A stretch of 64,000 bases of DNA. Source: Aplysia californica. Taxonomy: Eukaryota. A program made the position numbers and the translations under genes. The DNA lies in the NCBI RefSeq assembly GCF_000002075.1, contig NW_004798544.1, positions 1 to 64,000 on the forward strand, read 5' to 3'. How positions within the stretch are numbered: position 1 is the first letter of the stretch; every line of letters begins with the position of its first letter. The notes below the pieces were generated by a model. It was not told where the DNA came from. It did not search any database and saw nothing but the letters and a program-made list of their open reading frames with translations. Below, piece after piece: positions 61,001 through 64,000 of this stretch.

Positions 61001-61383
61001 AGTGCCTTAGTCTAGTTATAGCTGATTAAAAGTTTCTTTCCCTTTTGCCTGTGCTAGATGATCCTGCCACTACTACAACCACCAGCAATCAGGATTACTA
61101 TGGTGCCGGCTCAGCGTCGGGGAGCCTGTGTGAGCTGGCAGACACCCAAGCTGTCGTGGAGCACCACCACCATGAGTTTTCAGCTGCGGAACGGGGTGAG
61201 TTCTATGATCCACTTCAAGTGGTCAGCCTCACGGACATTCACAGCAGTGGCACAGAGGGCTCCAGTTTTGGCAGTAACTGCTCTAGTCACGCTCTGCTCA
61301 GCCCGGCTGAGCAACAAGTAGCACAGGTTGTCAGTGAGGATGTGGAGAGAGAAGCCAAACCGCAAGATAATCCAGTTGACTGA
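40345..61383 (+). CDS. MGRN1: E3 ubiquitin ligase MGRN1/RNF157 family (Mahogunin RING finger), 15 coding exons, about 662 aa
   Basis: Exons 40345-40435, 43703-43821, 44928-45016, 45431-45571, 47015-47132, 48349-48412, 49390-49550, 51405-51641, 52847-52958, 53508-53577, 54323-54419, 58535-58662, 58957-59053, 60150-60288, 61058-61383. All are GT-AG and phase-compatible, totalling 1989 nt. Motifs: N-terminal MG..., AYRYPPKTGSYFGTHFIMGGERF, KPLKQKQVVDGLSYLLQEIYGIENK, C3HC4 RING [40 protein letters not shown], and GYEAISLIEALNG. Exons 10-15 rest on splice signals and frame only. Confidence 0.93.
40680..40845. mobile_element. MITE with perfect 24-bp inverted repeats and an internal (CCCTAA)-like tract
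   Basis: AGGACTTCCGTAACGAGCGACCAC (40680-40703) and its reverse complement (40822-40845). Confidence 0.7.
43703..43821 (+). CDS. MGRN1: MGRN1 exon 2
   Basis: GSYFGTHFIMGGERFESPQPGEYLFGDSEELNFLGNKPMP; ctag|...|gtgagt. Confidence 0.95.
44928..45016 (+). CDS. MGRN1: MGRN1 exon 3
   Basis: FPYPVPSGNDPTKTLKSLVYIRKDSLRIV; ccag|...|gtgagt. Confidence 0.95.
45431..45571 (+). CDS. MGRN1: MGRN1 exon 4
   Basis: ...PYNIEFILDSDVRCAVRIHYFASEEVMNGQI; atag|...|gtaagt. Confidence 0.93.
47015..47132 (+). CDS. MGRN1: MGRN1 exon 5
   Basis: YHSKDSSMSSEIFHYKRGSGQSFSQPSHTVEPAKYPEED; acag|...|gtaagg. Confidence 0.93.
48349..48412 (+). CDS. MGRN1: MGRN1 exon 6
   Basis: WQYSYDKEVYPIAIHCTVEEE; long polypyrimidine tract, acag|...|gtatgg. 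Confidence 0.92.
48560..48790 (-). mobile_element. RTE 3'-end fragment
   Basis: HPAAKANKESGYKSRGRS...IKEVL and the trailer AAATTGCACTTCCCCTTGATGCCTAACAAGGATA parallel the 3' end of the element at 15500-18480. Confidence 0.65.
49390..49550 (+). CDS. MGRN1: MGRN1 exon 7
   Basis: EHAGHAHITYAAIERSQEGSYAIKPLKQKQVVDGLSYLLQEIYGIENKNMERMK. Confidence 0.95.
49830..50585 (+). pseudogene. RWDD1: Processed (intronless) RWDD1 pseudogene in MGRN1 intron 7
   Basis: QAEENLGTAMIFTLISGVQE, ERK*CEGPRVTVETFMAWKLKFDAE, KKPTGKALFLSDNTMNDSGVKFL..GDTLEVHESLFEN...DDDPDYKP match RWDD1. In-frame TGA at 50265-50267, frameshifts around 50010-50040, and no introns. Confidence 0.88.
51405..51641 (+). CDS. MGRN1: MGRN1 exon 8 (RING finger)
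   Basis: [69 protein letters not shown]...PQ. Confidence 0.96.
52587..52766 (+). mobile_element. Family A ~180-bp retroposon (representative of about 17 copies)
   Basis: Runs GTGGGTGGTTGGCGGGTG...GGCACTTATATGACCTTATTGTGTTGCAAGTGCCGTAAAACTCTTAC, with 12-bp TSD TGACTTCTGCCT (52574-52585 / 52767-52778). Other copies at approximately 345-520, 3330-3473, 4616-4670, 9870-9985, 10372-10495, 14000-14135, 18520-18700, 23475-23597, 24678-24865, 26100-26215, 26568-26745, 33960-34137, 51963-52140, 53168-53344, 58025-58200 and 59903-60072. Confidence 0.85.
52847..52958 (+). CDS. MGRN1: MGRN1 exon 9
   Basis: SDSEDNPVNQEGVPQGYEAISLIEALNGQVVPPISNE; conserved GYE.ISL.EALNG motif. Confidence 0.93.
53508..53577 (+). 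CDS. MGRN1: MGRN1 exon 10
   Basis: acag|GCGTC...AA|gtgagt; phase 1 to phase 2 fits both neighbours. Confidence 0.75.
54323..54419 (+). CDS. MGRN1: MGRN1 exon 11
   Basis: ccag|GATC...AAG|gtatgt; ITVSGPIEYQKEMDTDKESSKGTLEKKKDVDK. Confidence 0.8.
54555..57498. mobile_element. ~2.9-kb TIR element (Tc1/mariner/pogo-type ends) with nested cargo in MGRN1 intron 11
   Basis: Left TA|CAATGGGTGTCGCATTCCATGAGGTTGC versus right end reverse complement TA|CAGTGGGTGTCGCTTTCAACGAAGTTAC; TA TSD on both sides. Confidence 0.75.
55722..56500 (+). pseudogene. Decayed N-terminal fragment of a Chapaev-type (Chapa zinc-finger) transposase
   Basis: Across frameshifts it reads HLEC../KLCRTC...ILVLYHVNVDWDSADTHP./LCNKC...CSVCFLC...KG, then a low-complexity linker and LEETLATQMTHRKR. 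No catalytic core is visible. Confidence 0.55.
58535..58662 (+). CDS. MGRN1: MGRN1 exon 12
   Basis: tcag|GTC...AG|gtgagt; open frame, phase 0 to phase 2. Confidence 0.8.
58957..59053 (+). CDS. MGRN1: MGRN1 exon 13
   Basis: ccag|GTGC...GAG|gtaaaa; open frame, phase 2 to phase 0. Confidence 0.8.
60150..60288 (+). CDS. MGRN1: MGRN1 exon 14
   Basis: tcag|GCT...AGTG|gttaga; acidic DMADDEREDSSEPEPEPDFEEHDS. Confidence 0.8.
61058..61383 (+). CDS. MGRN1: MGRN1 exon 15 (terminal)
   Basis: ctag|ATGAT...; DDPATTTT...SSGTEGSSFGSNCSSHALL...NPVD*; TGA 61381-61383; candidate AATAAA signals near 62802 and 62845. Confidence 0.8.
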
Positions 61384-64000
61384 AACACCTGCAGGATACC
61401 CGTTGAGTGGTGGTGGATGGGACTAATGTGTGCTAACCTGCTCACTTATTACAACTCGTGCTGCCAGTCTTATAAGATTCATCAGTGCATGCTCTGCCAA
61501 CTTCACTATTTTCTAATCTGTTGGGAAGTTTTGAATGGCTGAACTTTTTCAGTATCAGTCGCTTCCTTTGGTTCTATAACAACAGAAAACAATGCAGAAT
61601 GCTACAAGGAGTTGTTGGAAAAGTGTGTCTGGTAGGCCTACTATAAGAACAGTTACAGTGTTTCTTGAACAATGTGCAATGCAGCTTCCTCAGATATTAG
61701 CACAAGCTAGCACAGATCTGAACTTTGTCTATTGAAAAGAGGAACTTGACATGAGACATTCTGATTTTGTTTTTGTAAATTGTTGGACAAAATTTCATAC
61801 TTACTGCCTCCTCAATGACTTATGTTTCCTTGTTGCTGTTTACTTGAAACGTCCTGTAGTTTTAAAGCGAAGTCACAATTTGCAGATATGCGACTGGAAG
61901 TCTTTGAGATAGTTATGAGTGCTTACGTTGCACTTTCATGTTGTATTTTGCTTGTTTTGAATGCCTGAAAGGTTTTCTTTTACCTGGTTGGAGTGAATGT
62001 ACTGTGGTGTAAATACTTTTGTGCAGTTTTTCAAAGTTTGCTATAAACAGTGCACAGTGTTGATAATTTATTGCTACAGTTCACATCTTTTTGATGGAGA
62101 TTGTTTTGAATTTCTTGCAGAAGCCTCAAGTATGAGCTACATTTTGTGTATGGTGCCCTCTTCAATGTCGAAATAATGAAAGGGGCTTCTTTAAAATTCT
62201 AAATGATGTGGGGAATTTTAATATTGCGATGTTTTAGCAGGTTGTTTTGTGTTTGTGTTTGTGTGGTGTTTCTGAAAAGTGTTTTATCTGCATAGAGATA
62301 TCTAAGAAGACATTTTCCTGCACAGTTACACCGATAGATAAGGGTGTTAACGTTGCAGTTTTACTTTTAATTCTGTGCCTGTGGATTGCTGGAGAAGAAT
62401 TTTCAGTTCACTCTTGTGGTGACTCCAGCTGTCTGTTAGTTACATCAGTGGGTATTACTTATTAGTCATTCCTAGGGGCACAGATTGATTGGGTGCTGGG
62501 CATTCTCGAACCTGGGGTCGTTTTGATGAGTTTTCAAGGCTCTCGACCTATTTGGCTCAGTCCTATCAGATACGGACGCTAAATACAGAGGTGCCACCTC
62601 TTGAATAACCAAATAGTGTTGATTAGGGCCTTAAACCCATGCACTTATTTACAGATTGACTGTTCGATCAGGAAACCTGCGGCTGAAAGTGTAGCTCACC
62701 GATTGATGGTTTTGGCAGTGTTATCTATGGAACTATTGGTTGGCCAATAATTAACCAGCTGGTTAGACCCTTCTGTATTGTGTGTGGGCGAATTCGCTGA
62801 AATAAACATGGTTGGGGAGGGGGGGATATTACAGTTAATCAGGTAATAAAAGCATTTAATTGGTGTACACGTTCCAAATGTGTATAGACTCTACTAAAAA
62901 TGAGACACTTGTAATATATTTCTGGTTCAGGCCTTTTTTTGTGCTTTCACTTGAGTTTTGAAGACAGTTCTTTATTGTAAATGTTGCTTCCAAGATTTCA
63001 AGAATTCATCGCCATCCTTGACAAAATGAACGAATCTTAGTATGGAACTTTTGCGACAAGTGCTATAAATGGTAATGGAAATGTTTTTTAAGGTATTTTT
63101 GATGATTGTAAGTGATTTCAATGACTTTTCTTTGCCTCAGGAAGACTTGGAAAGTGATGATTCAGATTGGGATTATGATGTGGATAAGTCGAACGAGAGA
63201 TCTAGATCTAGATGTGCCCCATCAGCTAGCTTATCAAATCAGGTTTTTTTAGTATACTTTTATTATGCATGAAATACAATTTGTCTGGGGTTGTTTTGTT
63301 GTTTTTTTGCTTCAATAACAACTTACTTGGTTGCGTACTACAGTATTCATTTCGAAATTGCATTGCCAATGTTTTCCACAAGTAAATGATCATAACTATT
63401 AGAATGTTTTACTAAAAATACTAAACCCATGCATTTTCTGAAAATTAAAAAATTTTCTCCAACTATAAAAACAGATTACAACCTTAGTTTCCAAACGTCT
63501 GGGGATGATTTTGATTGTTTCAGATTTTCTCATTTTGGTCAAAGATTAAGGACAAAGTGTTTGAAATTTTATTATTTGCATGAACTTCAGTGTGAAAGTT
63601 GACCAACCCATCCAGTTTCTTTTCCGAAAATGTATGGTTTTAGGTGCTTTGACTTCCCTCCGATCCTTCTACCTTTTANNNNNNNNNNNNNNNNNNNNNN
63701 NNNNNNNNNNNNNNNNNNNNNNNNNNNNNNNNNNNNNNNNNNNNNNNNNNNNNNNNNNNNNNNNNNNNNNNNNNNNNNNNNNNNNNNNNNNNNNNNNNNN
63801 NNNNNNNNNNNNNNNNNNNNNNNNNNNNNNNNNNNNNNNNNNNNNNNNNNNNNNNNNNNNNNNNNNNNNNNNNNNNNNNNNNNNNNNNNNNNNNNNNNNN
63901 NNNNNNNNNNNNNNNNNNNNNNGGGGGAAGAGAGAGAGTGTTAAAATCCTGATATCCCACCATCCCTACTATACATCCAGCTTCATGCCCCTCTCAAAGT

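Noticed and set aside
63141-63243. Exon-like acidic segment EDLESDDSDWDYDVDK after MGRN1
   Set aside because: It lies downstream of the stop and candidate polyA signals, has a weak donor, and shows no recognisable homology or partner exons

Overview
Eukaryotic, AT-rich, repeat-rich invertebrate genomic DNA. It looks lophotrochozoan/mollusc-like from its repeat content, but the species cannot be determined here. There are many N gaps. Two spliced genes are arranged head-to-head with 512 bp between their start codons: a 3-exon UBALD1/2 (FAM100) homologue on the minus strand (39832->30427, 137 aa) and a 15-exon MGRN1/RNF157 RING E3 ligase on the plus strand (40345->61383, about 662 aa). The same divergent pairing exists twice in human. 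MGRN1 intron 7 holds a decayed intronless RWDD1 retrocopy. Intron 11 holds a TA-flanked TIR element carrying a decayed Chapaev/RAG1-N-terminus-like zinc-finger ORF. I found no supportable host gene in 1-28 kb, which contains an RTE LINE relic, a Tc1/mariner relic, MITEs, microsatellites and gap-flanked duplications. At least four unrelated short retroposon families share a 3' stem-loop with compensatory substitutions. Comparing repeat copies shows recurrent +6 bp TA->TAGGCCTA/TAGATCTA/TACATGTA insertions that look like transposon excision footprints. All family assignments come from my recognition of motifs, not from database searches.
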